Below, in pieces: positions 21,799 through 31,242 of a stretch of 64,000 bases of DNA (positions are counted from its first letter, which is position 1; each line of letters begins with the position of its first letter). Below the pieces are notes generated by a model that was given only the letters and a program-made list of their open reading frames with translations, was not told where the DNA came from and searched no databases. This stretch comes from an uncultured cyanobacterium (GTDB lineage Bacteria > Cyanobacteriota > Cyanobacteriia > Cyanobacteriales > Nostocaceae), in NCBI GenBank assembly GCA_963740315.1, contig CAVUDP010000004.1, positions 1 to 64,000 of the forward strand, written 5' to 3'. The translations under genes were made by a program, and so were the position numbers.

Positions 21799-23508
21799 GT
21801 GAATTCACAAACCCTCACACAAAGTAATCGTAAGTACGATGCACGCCAAATAGCGCGGCACTATAACTTGCGTCCTTGGCTGGGTTGGGGACGTACAATT
21901 ACAATCGTTTGGAATTTTGCCTGGTTTATTCTGGGTTTAAAGTGGGATGAATGGTTCGGAGTCAGCGAACGCAACAAATTGAGACGAGCGGTACAGCTAC
22001 GAAAAATACTCGTGCGTCTAGGTCCAACATTTATCAAAGTTGGTCAAGCTTTATCGACGCGACCGGATTTGGTACGCAAAGATTTCTTAGACGAACTGAT
22101 AAAATTACAAGACCAACTACCACCGTTTAACAATGGTCTTGCTTTGAGAATGATTCAAAGCGAATTGGGTCATTCAATCGGGGAAATGTTTAGCGAACTT
22201 TCGCCTGCTCCGGTAGCTGCTGCGAGTTTGGGTCAAGTTTACAGAGGTCGTTTGCACACGGGTGAAGAAGTGGCGGTGAAGGTACAGCGCCCGAATTTGC
22301 GCCCGATTCTTTCCCTCGATTTGTACTTGATGCGCTGGGCTGCTGGTTGGTTGACTCCTTGGTTGCCTTTAAATTTGGGACACGACTTGACACTAATAGT
22401 CGATGAGTTCGGCACCAAACTATTTGAGGAAATTGACTATCTAAATGAAGGTAGGAACGCCGAAAGATTCGCCACTAACTTTCGTAACAGCGCCACCGTA
22501 AAAGTTCCAGCGATTTATTGGCGCTACACTTCAACTCGCGTTTTAACTTTAGAGTGGCTCGACGGATTTAAACTGACCGATACCGATCGCATTATTGCAG
22601 CAGGTTTAGATCCACAATCCGTGATTGAAATTGGGGTAACTACAGGTTTACAACAGTTGTTGGAACATGGTTTCTTTCACGCTGACCCCCATCCGGGTAA
22701 TTTATTTGCCATGCCAGATGGTAGGATGGGCTACATCGACTTCGGTATGATGGATCAGCTCGATGAAACTACCAAAGAAACTCTTGTAGATGCCATAGTT
22801 CATCTTATAAATAAGGATTATACCGACTTAGCCCACGATTATGTAAAGCTGGGTTTTCTCACACCAGATACAGATATTCGTCCGATCGTACCGGCTTTGG
22901 AAGCGTTACTGGGAGATGCGATTAATCGTAACGTCGGTGACTTCAACTTCAAGACGATAACCGATGAGTTTTCTAAACTCATGTACGACTTTCCTTTCCG
23001 AGTCCCCGCCAAATTTGCTTTAATTATTCGTTCCTTGGTAACTCAAGAAGGAATCGCGCTGTCGCTTAATCCCAACTTTAAAATTTTGGAAGTAGCGTAT
23101 CCTTATGTAGCACGCCGATTGCTAACAGGTGAATCTCCTCAACTACGGCGAAGATTGCTCAACGTGCTGTTTAAAGATGGTAAATTCCAGTGGGAGCGAT
23201 TGGAAAACATGATTGCGATCGCCCGTACCGATAACAGCTTTGATGTGTTACCTACAGCACAAATGGGTTTACAGTATTTACTGAGCGATGAAGGTCAGTT
23301 TCTGCAACAACAGTTAGTACTTGCACTCACTGAAGATGACCGCTTACACGCAGCCGAGGTACAGCGCTTATGGAATCTAGTCAAAGATGATTTAGAACCA
23401 TCTCGTTTATTAGGTGTGGCAATTGGCGTTTTGAGTCAATTTTCTAGAGAAAGAGTAGCTGCAATATTACCTCCATTTTCGACCTCAAGTTCAGTAAAGA
23501 ACAGTTAG
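21799..23508 (+). CDS. AarF/ABC1/UbiB family kinase
   Basis: LGPTFIKVGQALSTRPD, AAASLGQVY, VAVKVQRP, HADPHPGN and DFG motifs. Confidence 0.93.
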   Translation: MNSQTLTQSNRKYDARQIARHYNLRPWLGWGRTITIVWNFAWFILGLKWDEWFGVSERNKLRRAVQLRKILVRLGPTFIKVGQALSTRPDLVRKDFLDELIKLQDQLPPFNNGLALRMIQSELGHSIGEMFSELSPAPVAAASLGQVYRGRLHTGEEVAVKVQRPNLRPILSLDLYLMRWAAGWLTPWLPLNLGHDLTLIVDEFGTKLFEEIDYLNEGRNAERFATNFRNSATVKVPAIYWRYTSTRVLTLEWLDGFKLTDTDRIIAAGLDPQSVIEIGVTTGLQQLLEHGFFHADPHPGNLFAMPDGRMGYIDFGMMDQLDETTKETLVDAIVHLINKDYTDLAHDYVKLGFLTPDTDIRPIVPALEALLGDAINRNVGDFNFKTITDEFSKLMYDFPFRVPAKFALIIRSLVTQEGIALSLNPNFKILEVAYPYVARRLLTGESPQLRRRLLNVLFKDGKFQWERLENMIAIARTDNSFDVLPTAQMGLQYLLSDEGQFLQQQLVLALTEDDRLHAAEVQRLWNLVKDDLEPSRLLGVAIGVLSQFSRERVAAILPPFSTSSSVKNS

Positions 23509-23535
23509 AAAAGTGCATATCAATCAGGAGTTTTC

Positions 23536-23910
23536 ATGTATTATTTCCCCACGCAACCGCCGTTATTAGTGTTAGCTATCGGATTTTTTATTGCCATAAC
23601 TTCTGGCGCGGCATTAGGCGGAACCTTGAAAGTAATCACAGAAACATGGCAGAAAAACGGTGCTGAAGCTTCTGCTCCTCGTTTCTCGAACAAACAATTA
23701 ATAGTACCATTCGTTGGGATTACAGTCGGTATTGGTTTATTTCTTTGTTCGGGTTTAGCAATATTTGGTTTTCCAAATTGGCTAGCTTGTGCAGTTGGTT
23801 TACCAATTACTCTTTTAACCTGCATATTAACTGGGTTTCAACTAGGAAGTATGATGACTTATGCTGAAAGTCGAGGATTTAAATCTTTAGACTTAGATTC
23901 TTTTAGCTAG
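23536..23910 (+). CDS. Small membrane protein, hypothetical
   Basis: AGGAG RBS, three hydrophobic segments, directly downstream of the ABC1 kinase. Confidence 0.7.
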   Translation: MYYFPTQPPLLVLAIGFFIAITSGAALGGTLKVITETWQKNGAEASAPRFSNKQLIVPFVGITVGIGLFLCSGLAIFGFPNWLACAVGLPITLLTCILTGFQLGSMMTYAESRGFKSLDLDSFS

Positions 23911-23975
23911 GAAGAATAAGTTTTATATTAACTGTTCGCCGTTGGCAAGTTGTTTTTGTAAAAAGCAATTTATCA

Positions 23976-25259
23976 ATGGCGAATAGTTTTTTGGATAATT
24001 GGGCAAACTTAAAAGCAATTAAGAAATATATGGGTGTGAATCTCCAAAACCGTTCGGTCAGGTCTAATATATGGAAGCTTTATATATTAAAAGGATTAGA
24101 GTTCGCTTGGTTTCCAATTCCTATCATTATTCTTTTTTATGAAAAAAACGGTTTGTCGTTTGAGAAATCCCTGCTTTTAAAAACCATTTTATCCCTATCA
24201 ATATTTATATTTGAAATACCTTCTGGTTACTTTGCAGATATTTTTGGTAGAAAAGCTTGCTTAGTTTTAGGAGGATTAGTTTGGACAGTGGGATTGCTGT
24301 TTTACTGCTTTCAAACTAGTTTTACAGCATTTGCCATTGCCGAAATTTTATCAGGTGTTGCTGGTAGTCTTATATCTGGTGCAAATACAGCTTTGGGATT
24401 CGATAGTTTGGTTGAGATGAACCAAGAGCAAAACTACCGTCATGTAGAAGGCAGGCTTGGAGCTATTGCGGGAATTGTAGAAGCAATTTGTGGTTTAATA
24501 GGGGGTTTAGTCGCTGCAATAAATTTGGTATATCCTTTTTATTTGCAAACGATTTGTATATTTTTATATTTCCTATTAGCCTTATCTTTAGTTGAACCAA
24601 ATTTATATCAATCCTCAGTTGACCCTTTTCAAGTAAATAATAATAAAAAGACTAGACAAGCAATTAATCATCGGGCAATATGGGAAGCAATCCGTTTCTC
24701 ACTATTAGAAAATCAAAATGTAAAATGGTTAATTCTATTTTCAGCAAACTTTGGAATTGCAACCTTTCTTGCTGTTTGGTTATCTCAAGCAGATATGCAA
24801 AGTCGGGGTATAGCTGTTTCTAGCTTTGGATTTGCTTGGGCTGCATTTCACTTTATAATGAGTTTTGCTTCTCTTAAAGCAACAACAATCGAGAATCTTT
24901 GGGGTACAAAAAAAGTATTCTTGGGTTTAGTTCTATTATTGGGCTTATCTTATATCTTCCTCGGTTTAATTAACCAAGTATGGGGAATGATATTTATTGC
25001 TTTGATTTACTTCAGTCGGGGGGTTCGCAATCCATTAACATTGAATCATATTAACCAAAATGTTTCCTCATCAATTAGAGCTACAGTACTTTCTATAAAT
25101 AGTTTCATTTTTCGCTTAGGTTTTATTGCGATCGCTCCTGTAATTGGATGGATAACAGACAACTATAATTTGGATATAGCTTTATATTTATTTGGTAGTA
25201 TTTTTATTATTTCTGGAGTATTTTGCTGGCATAAATTAGTTAAATTAAGGGTTATTTAA
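23976..25259 (+). CDS. MFS transporter
   Basis: FEIPSGYFADIFGRK (MFS motif A) and many TM segments; start may be ATG 24030. Confidence 0.88.
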   Translation: MANSFLDNWANLKAIKKYMGVNLQNRSVRSNIWKLYILKGLEFAWFPIPIIILFYEKNGLSFEKSLLLKTILSLSIFIFEIPSGYFADIFGRKACLVLGGLVWTVGLLFYCFQTSFTAFAIAEILSGVAGSLISGANTALGFDSLVEMNQEQNYRHVEGRLGAIAGIVEAICGLIGGLVAAINLVYPFYLQTICIFLYFLLALSLVEPNLYQSSVDPFQVNNNKKTRQAINHRAIWEAIRFSLLENQNVKWLILFSANFGIATFLAVWLSQADMQSRGIAVSSFGFAWAAFHFIMSFASLKATTIENLWGTKKVFLGLVLLLGLSYIFLGLINQVWGMIFIALIYFSRGVRNPLTLNHINQNVSSSIRATVLSINSFIFRLGFIAIAPVIGWITDNYNLDIALYLFGSIFIISGVFCWHKLVKLRVI

Positions 25260-25263
25260 ATTT

Positions 25264-25431
25264 AGGACTTACGCAACTGGCACATTTTTATTGTAGGGGA
25301 GGCAAATTGGGGTGTAGATTTTCTTCCCCCAATATTGCCGTTGCTGTGACACTTTGAATAATGCAGGAACGTAATAATAATGTTTTTAGTGTCACGCACC
25401 AGCCCGGTATTATGACAATTGCATAAGTCCT
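25264..25431. mobile_element. MITE-like element with AGGACTTACGCA-type terminal inverted repeats
   Basis: Left end AGGACTTACGCAACTGGCACA; reverse complement of right end AGGACTTATGCAATTGTCATA (17/21 match); about 168 bp, no ORF. Confidence 0.65.
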
Positions 25432-25520
25432 GAAATTATTATCTTAGGTTTTACTATCTTAATAGGAGACACTGAACTTAAAACACTTTCTTGTAGGGTG
25501 AGGTTAAGCTAATATTTTCT

Positions 25521-26033
25521 TTAATTAAAACCGCTATATTTAAACATCTTGATTAACTCGGACGATATAGGCGAACAATTATAAATTGGTAAATCTGATA
25601 GATGACAATATAGTTTTTCGGTATTCAAATCATATACAAAATATAAAATATCACCCTTTTCTGTCTTAAAATTTTTTGGAAATTCATCACTAAAAAAATG
25701 TCTTCCAAATAGAGCAAATTTAGAACCATCAGCAGTCCAAAGAATGCGTTCTGAACCAACAGGTTTAAATACATCAGGTGAGCGAAAAATTTTCGTATAA
25801 CCCTTTTCTCCTTGATGCTGTAATCTCACTTCAAAATTACGGTCTATAAAATTGGGAGGTTCAACTAATAAAATACGACTTTTGTTATTGGGTGATAAGC
25901 TAATTAGAGTTACACGTTCTCCCCATTCCTGTGGAATTTTACCAAATTTATCTTTATATACTAATGCATTATCAGCAAAGTATATTACAGTAAGAGTTGT
26001 CAAGCACCCTAATAGAAAATAGAAAATTTTCAT
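25521..26033 (-). CDS. Hypothetical protein with N-terminal membrane anchor
   Basis: ORF track gives 25521-26090. The internal ATG of MKIFYFLLG (about 26033) is the more plausible start because the upstream part overlaps a REP. Confidence 0.55.
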   Translation of the reverse strand: MKIFYFLLGCLTTLTVIYFADNALVYKDKFGKIPQEWGERVTLISLSPNNKSRILLVEPPNFIDRNFEVRLQHQGEKGYTKIFRSPDVFKPVGSERILWTADGSKFALFGRHFFSDEFPKNFKTEKGDILYFVYDLNTEKLYCHLSDLPIYNCSPISSELIKMFKYSGFN

Positions 26034-26242
26034 AATTTTAAAACTACAGCCATTTTTGCGTAAAAAACAGATGTTTTGTAGTGCAAGCATCTTGCTCGCT
26101 GACCACTAATAAAATGAATCGGAATGACAATATTATGGTGCGTTGCGCTCCGCAACAACACACCCTACATTTGCGAATAAAAAAAGGGTTAGATGATTTA
26201 TCTAACCCAGAAAAATATTTAATTTTTTTAACTTTCTCAAAT

Positions 26243-27169
26243 CTACTTCTTCAAAGAACTTAAAAAACTTTTAGCTTCATTCATAGTTTTTTGCCAAGGA
26301 GTTGGTTTAGGCTTTTCTGGAAATACTGCTGGTGGTAATTGGGGGTTTAAGTTGCGATAATGTTCCCAAATGTCCCAGTAAGGACAACCGGGTTCGATGC
26401 GAATACCCGCCCAATGCAGGTATTGCAAGGGTTGATTGACTTCTGGATCGATTAACCTATGCCCATCATGCAAAAAGTGAGAAGTTCCCCCCCAGTTTCC
26501 CGGTGCTTTGCCTTCTCTATTAACTATGTTAAAGCGGTTGGGAATCCGCTTGAGCAACATATAATTAATGATTGGCTGATCGGAAGTTTTTTCTGAGAAA
26601 TCAAAGTATTCTGGATGTGCCGCACATTCTGCAAAGGTGTCATACAAATCTTGTTCGGATATCAGGTTTTTCTTGGAACCCCAAAAACCGCCGTTGAATA
26701 TATCTTTGATTTCGCTTTCGGTAAATACTTTTTCTTCTAATACTGTAGAACTGAAGACGTTTTTTATTCCACCCAGATGCTGATAATCGCAGCAAATAAA
26801 GTCGGTATCTTCTAAGTAGTTGAGATTATCAACAATTTTTTCAAAGACGACAATATCTGTATCGATATACAAAAACTCGTCAAAGGGACCAAACCAACAA
26901 GCTTGTTTGCGAAATTGATTCGGACGGGCAAAGAATTTACCGCCAAATGTTTCGTATAGTTTATTAGATAAACGGTCAATAAATTCTAAATCTTCGTAAA
27001 CCCCTACTCCATAATATTTATCGAGAGTCTCAGCAATTTGGTGATAATTCTCATCGTAGGGAATCATCACAATGGGGGTTTCTTTATCGTGAAGGCGAAT
27101 GCTATTAAGTAAGGTAATGGCGTGATCTGTTACCTTATCATTGGCAATAATATAAATACCTTTGGTCAT
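26243..27169 (-). CDS. GT-A fold sugar transferase (Npun_R2821/R2822-like family)
   Basis: GIYIIAND start, FDEFLYIDTD (DxD) and DQPIINY motifs; tandem paralog upstream. Confidence 0.75.
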   Translation of the reverse strand: MTKGIYIIANDKVTDHAITLLNSIRLHDKETPIVMIPYDENYHQIAETLDKYYGVGVYEDLEFIDRLSNKLYETFGGKFFARPNQFRKQACWFGPFDEFLYIDTDIVVFEKIVDNLNYLEDTDFICCDYQHLGGIKNVFSSTVLEEKVFTESEIKDIFNGGFWGSKKNLISEQDLYDTFAECAAHPEYFDFSEKTSDQPIINYMLLKRIPNRFNIVNREGKAPGNWGGTSHFLHDGHRLIDPEVNQPLQYLHWAGIRIEPGCPYWDIWEHYRNLNPQLPPAVFPEKPKPTPWQKTMNEAKSFLSSLKK

Positions 27170-27172
27170 TAG

Positions 27173-28177
27173 TTATACTCCAACATTTAATCCTAATTTT
27201 TTTAAAACTCTGGTAGTTAAGCTTGGCGGCGCGTCGTAAGCTTTCGGTTTTGTAGTAAATTTTGGTCGCTTATCTGGTTCGTGCATATAGCGATAATGCA
27301 AGAAGGTTTCGCGGTACGGAAAATCAATATTTTCACCGCTACAAAGGCGGCTAAATAAGTTAGAAGATAAACCGATATAGTGCAGATAAGTCAAGCAGTT
27401 TTCTCTGTCATATACCAAATTATCGCGTTCTTCAAAATGGGGTGATGTAACGCAACATCCGGTGATTTCGCTATCTGGTAAATTATGAGCAAAATTATAG
27501 ATAGGAATCTCCGATCGCATTACCAGGTAGTTCAAAATTGTGTTGATGGGAGCATTTTGATATAAAATTTCTGCTTCTCCATCTTGCAACTTTGATAATA
27601 GAGAGTTGCGTCTTTCTTCATCAAATAAACCTTTTTTAGCCGCGTACAAACCCGTACAGAATATTTCGCTATCAAGTCGAGATTGTGGAAAAATGTCTAG
27701 TAGTTTATTAGAATTAATGTTGTATACGTGACTCAAGTCTTGATGCTGAAAATCATAAACAACAAAGTCATTTTGATTTAGTTGCTCGAAGATGTAATCT
27801 AATGAATTGAGTACCAGAATATCAGCATCTAGGTACAGGAACTTATCAAAAGGACCATTGAAACCGCCGAATCTCCGATGCATTCCCAAACGGTAAATTC
27901 CTGAAATACCTTGTTCTTGCCAAATTCTAAAAGCTTCAGGATGTGCTTTCCATATTTCTGTAGAAAAGTCTTCCCAGAGCTTCATTGCAGAAGTATCTTC
28001 AAATATTTCTACATTGCTTCTATTTTTGATATGTTCTTTTACTAGCTGCAATTGCTCATTATAAGGAACAATCAAAATAGGATATTTATCACCAACATTG
28101 ACTTCAATCGAATTGAGTAAAGCCACTACCTGATCGTAAACTCCATCGTTGCCAAGTATGTAAATTCCTTCAGTCAT
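27173..28177 (-). CDS. GT-A fold sugar transferase (Npun_R2821/R2822-like family)
   Basis: GIYILGND start, FDKFLYLDAD (DxD) and YLHYIG motifs. Confidence 0.75.
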   Translation of the reverse strand: MTEGIYILGNDGVYDQVVALLNSIEVNVGDKYPILIVPYNEQLQLVKEHIKNRSNVEIFEDTSAMKLWEDFSTEIWKAHPEAFRIWQEQGISGIYRLGMHRRFGGFNGPFDKFLYLDADILVLNSLDYIFEQLNQNDFVVYDFQHQDLSHVYNINSNKLLDIFPQSRLDSEIFCTGLYAAKKGLFDEERRNSLLSKLQDGEAEILYQNAPINTILNYLVMRSEIPIYNFAHNLPDSEITGCCVTSPHFEERDNLVYDRENCLTYLHYIGLSSNLFSRLCSGENIDFPYRETFLHYRYMHEPDKRPKFTTKPKAYDAPPSLTTRVLKKLGLNVGV

Positions 28178-28213
28178 TTAAGCCTCCATCGACTTTTAAA
28201 ATACTATTAATAA

Positions 28214-29191
28214 TTAAGAAAATTTATTGACATAGTTCGATAACCATGAAACTAAATTCAGCTTGTGCAAAATAATTTGTCTGGCTTCGGCAATCGCTTC
28301 TTTGGCTTCATACCAAGCATCTGGTGTGGATGTAACTTCTTTGATATAAGCTAATCCTTTTTCATCCATACTTGGTAATCTTAAAAAGCTACCGTTCGGT
28401 AACAATTTGTCGGCAGCAGGACCACCGTAATAAATAGGTAAACACCAAGCGAGTAAAGCATCCCAAAGCTTTTCGCTGACATACCAATCATTTTCAGCAT
28501 AGTTTTCGACTGATAAGTTGTAGTAGTAAGGTGCCATACCATACCATTTATTACCAAGTTCCCCGCTTCCTTGCGCCCAATCTGGTAAACCACGTCCGTA
28601 TAAATCAAGTTCTAATTCACAAGAGCGCAACATTTTTAAAAATGCTAGACGCTTGCGATGATTCTCGGTGCGATTGATACCGGATGTTACCCAACTTAAG
28701 GGTTTTTCTTTTAGTGGTGGTGGCATTTCATTTAACTCTCGGAAAGAGTTAGAATAATACCAAATTGCGGGCATATAATCGGGATTTGGTGCATCATCTT
28801 CCGGTCCCGAAACGTAACTACAGTAATTTTGAGCCGTTTGATAATGCCTTTTATGAGCTTCAACAACTTCTTCTAAAGGTGGTTCGCGCAATAGATAAAT
28901 TACTCTTTCTTTAGGCATTCCTCGAAGTTTCTCTTGGAACGATCGCTGTGCATTTTCGTATTTAGCTTGCGGCTTTTTGTTTTTCCAGAATAGTAAATGC
29001 TTATGTGGTGGTGTAGGAAAACTCGTGTAGTTATACATCAACAGAAAATCAGGCTTTGGATGCGTTGCAACCAGTTGAATATTGTCCCAAACGCCAAAGT
29101 TTTCAGGAGTTTGCTGCCACAGCCAATCACTTGCATTATCTAAAGCGCTGTAGCTGCTCATCATACCAATTTTGATTTTATTTATTACCAT
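28214..29191 (-). CDS. Glycosyltransferase family 10 (fucosyltransferase-like)
   Basis: YYYNLSVEN...YVSEKLWDALLAWCLPIYYG resembles the GT10 C-terminal motif. Confidence 0.75.
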   Translation of the reverse strand: MVINKIKIGMMSSYSALDNASDWLWQQTPENFGVWDNIQLVATHPKPDFLLMYNYTSFPTPPHKHLLFWKNKKPQAKYENAQRSFQEKLRGMPKERVIYLLREPPLEEVVEAHKRHYQTAQNYCSYVSGPEDDAPNPDYMPAIWYYSNSFRELNEMPPPLKEKPLSWVTSGINRTENHRKRLAFLKMLRSCELELDLYGRGLPDWAQGSGELGNKWYGMAPYYYNLSVENYAENDWYVSEKLWDALLAWCLPIYYGGPAADKLLPNGSFLRLPSMDEKGLAYIKEVTSTPDAWYEAKEAIAEARQIILHKLNLVSWLSNYVNKFS

Positions 29192-29216
29192 ATATTTAGT
29201 TACTATTTAGATTTAA

Positions 29217-29368
29217 GAGGGAGTAGGGAGTAGGGAGTAGGGAATAGGGAATAGGGAATAGGTGACAGGAGGTAGGTAGAATTTTGGCTTTATAACTTAT
29301 AACTTCTAACTCTTAACTCCTCGCTCCTAATTTAAAATTCCATAATTCATAACTCATAACTCCTAACT
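29217..29368. repeat. STRR heptamer tracts (GGGAGTA/GGGAATA; CATAACT)
   Basis: Visible tandem 7-mers. Confidence 0.8.
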
Positions 29369-29369
29369 A

Positions 29370-30578
29370 TTAATTAGTAATCTCCGGTTGGAAAGATTCA
29401 TCAACGTAGCTAAGAATTTTCGCCGCTCGATTTTCCCAAGAAAACTCTTTGACGAACTCGATACTGTCAGAATGACCGTCGATTTTTCGGTGATGAGTTT
29501 CTAAAACTCGCGCTACCGATGCGGTAAACTCTGTTGGACTATCGGGTTCGCACCAAGCAGCAATAGCTTTGGTATTTTCAAATTCTATGAGGGAAGGAAT
29601 TCTTGTAGCTACGATCGGAGTTCCGGAAGCAAAATAATCAAATAGCTTCAAGGGAGAAGTAAAAGTTGCTGCTGGTCCGGAACAGTGGGGATGAGCTAAA
29701 ATATCGGCTGCTTGCAATAATGATGCTAATTCTTGTTGTAAAATAAAGCCGATAAAGTTAATATTATCAACCTGCTTTTCTTGAGCTAATTGCCGATAGT
29801 GCGTTACCTGTTTTTCCTTACCTCCCGCACATACAAATTGAACTTGAGGTAAATTTTTTGCGACTTCAACTAAAATATCTATTCCTTTAAAGTTTTCTAG
29901 CGCACCGGAATAAACTACCAATTGTTCTCTACCATTTTTTAGTAGTTTTTTACGCCATTCCGTTGCTGCTTGTGGATGTCTTTCCATAAACAAGCGATTA
30001 TAACCATTATGTAATTTAACCACTTTTTCTGGGGGCATTCCATTCGCAATCATGCTTTGACGTACCGTATCGGCAACTGTAACAGCAATTTGAAATAACG
30101 GATTTTTGACTATTTCTTGTACAAATGGTTTGTCTTCGTGGTGGTGGTGTTCGTAAATTGCAGGTACGCCATTTTTTACTGCTGCTTCGACAAAATTCCA
30201 GTCGCGACTGTGAACTATTTTAGTAGTGGGAAGAATATGGAAGGGAAAATAATATTTTGATGCAAGAGTATTGGAATTAGTAAATTTAGTTTTAATAATA
30301 TCTATAGGAAAAGGCATTGGTAAAGGAGAAACTCTGAGCTTTTCCTGGAGATTGTAATACTTGATAAGTTGTTCCGGTGCTTTTCTCGGTCGAAAAGGAC
30401 GAATCAAATTAATCGGGTTTAAAGCTTCCTTTCCTTTGGAAGGATATATCAATACTGTGGAGTAACCTAAATTAGCGACAGCATTAGCTGCATTTGTAGA
30501 TTGAACCAAATGAGCTTGCGGTAACGGTAACTCTTCTTTAATAAAGTAGATATAATGTTTTGGTTTAGTGGTTTTCAT
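29370..30578 (-). CDS. Glycosyltransferase family 4
   Basis: [12 protein letters not shown] and [16 protein letters not shown] motifs. Confidence 0.88.
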   Translation of the reverse strand: MKTTKPKHYIYFIKEELPLPQAHLVQSTNAANAVANLGYSTVLIYPSKGKEALNPINLIRPFRPRKAPEQLIKYYNLQEKLRVSPLPMPFPIDIIKTKFTNSNTLASKYYFPFHILPTTKIVHSRDWNFVEAAVKNGVPAIYEHHHHEDKPFVQEIVKNPLFQIAVTVADTVRQSMIANGMPPEKVVKLHNGYNRLFMERHPQAATEWRKKLLKNGREQLVVYSGALENFKGIDILVEVAKNLPQVQFVCAGGKEKQVTHYRQLAQEKQVDNINFIGFILQQELASLLQAADILAHPHCSGPAATFTSPLKLFDYFASGTPIVATRIPSLIEFENTKAIAAWCEPDSPTEFTASVARVLETHHRKIDGHSDSIEFVKEFSWENRAAKILSYVDESFQPEITN

Positions 30579-30597
30579 TTATATTAAGTTTGGTATT

Positions 30598-30767
30598 TAG
30601 GGAATAGGGAGTAGGCAGTGGGGAGTAGGGAGTAGGCAGTAGGAAGTAGGGAGTAGGGAGTAGGCAGTGGGGAGTAGGGAGTGGGCAGTAGGGAGTAGGG
30701 AGTAGGGAGTAGGGAGTAGGCAGTGGGGAGTAGGCAGTGGGGAGTAGGGAGTAGGCAGTGGGGAATA
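30598..30767. repeat. Heptamer array GGGAGTA/GGCAGTG (about 24 units)
   Basis: Visible tandem 7-mers; complementary to the array at 31164-31240. Confidence 0.9.
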
Positions 30768-30778
30768 AGCTAAAGTGG

Positions 30779-31138
30779 TTATTTCAATTTTTTAATCAGG
30801 GCGTTAATCATTCTACTTTCTTCATGGAGCCACGAAATAATTAATTCTATATCTTTTTTATTAGTTAATCCTACCCGTTGGGATAAAATAAGATGTGTTT
30901 CTAATTCGTTGATTGAACCTTGAGCGATATTAAGAAATCTAATATAATCACCTGTGGATCTCCTCCCATATCCTTCTGCAATATTAGCTGGAATAGAAAC
31001 CGCAGACCTTCTTATTTGTTGTACCATGCTATATAATTCGTCTCTGGGAAATAGTTTAGTTAAGAAATAGCATTTTTCAGCTATATCCATACCTTTTTGC
31101 CAAATTTTTAAGTCTTTAAAATTAATTATTTCCGACAT
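30779..31138 (-). CDS. Four-helix-bundle protein (23S rRNA IVP / TIGR02436 family)
   Basis: [32 protein letters not shown] and [14 protein letters not shown] motifs. Confidence 0.92.
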   Translation of the reverse strand: MSEIINFKDLKIWQKGMDIAEKCYFLTKLFPRDELYSMVQQIRRSAVSIPANIAEGYGRRSTGDYIRFLNIAQGSINELETHLILSQRVGLTNKKDIELIISWLHEESRMINALIKKLK

Positions 31139-31163
31139 TTAAAATTCTCTTTTTAACTACATT

Positions 31164-31240
31164 TACTCCCTACTCCCTACTCCCTACTACCTACTGCCTA
31201 CTCCCTCCTCCCTACTGCCTACTCCCTCCTCCCTCCTTTC
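31164..31240. repeat. Heptamer array TACTCCC/TACTGCC (about 11 units)
   Basis: Reverse complement of the unit at 30598-30767. Confidence 0.9.
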
Positions 31241-31242
31241 TT

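Noticed and set aside
30779..31138. Avd of a diversity-generating retroelement
   Set aside because: No reverse transcriptase and no adenine-mismatched TR/VR pair in the window. The malectin duplicates are an in-frame domain duplication.
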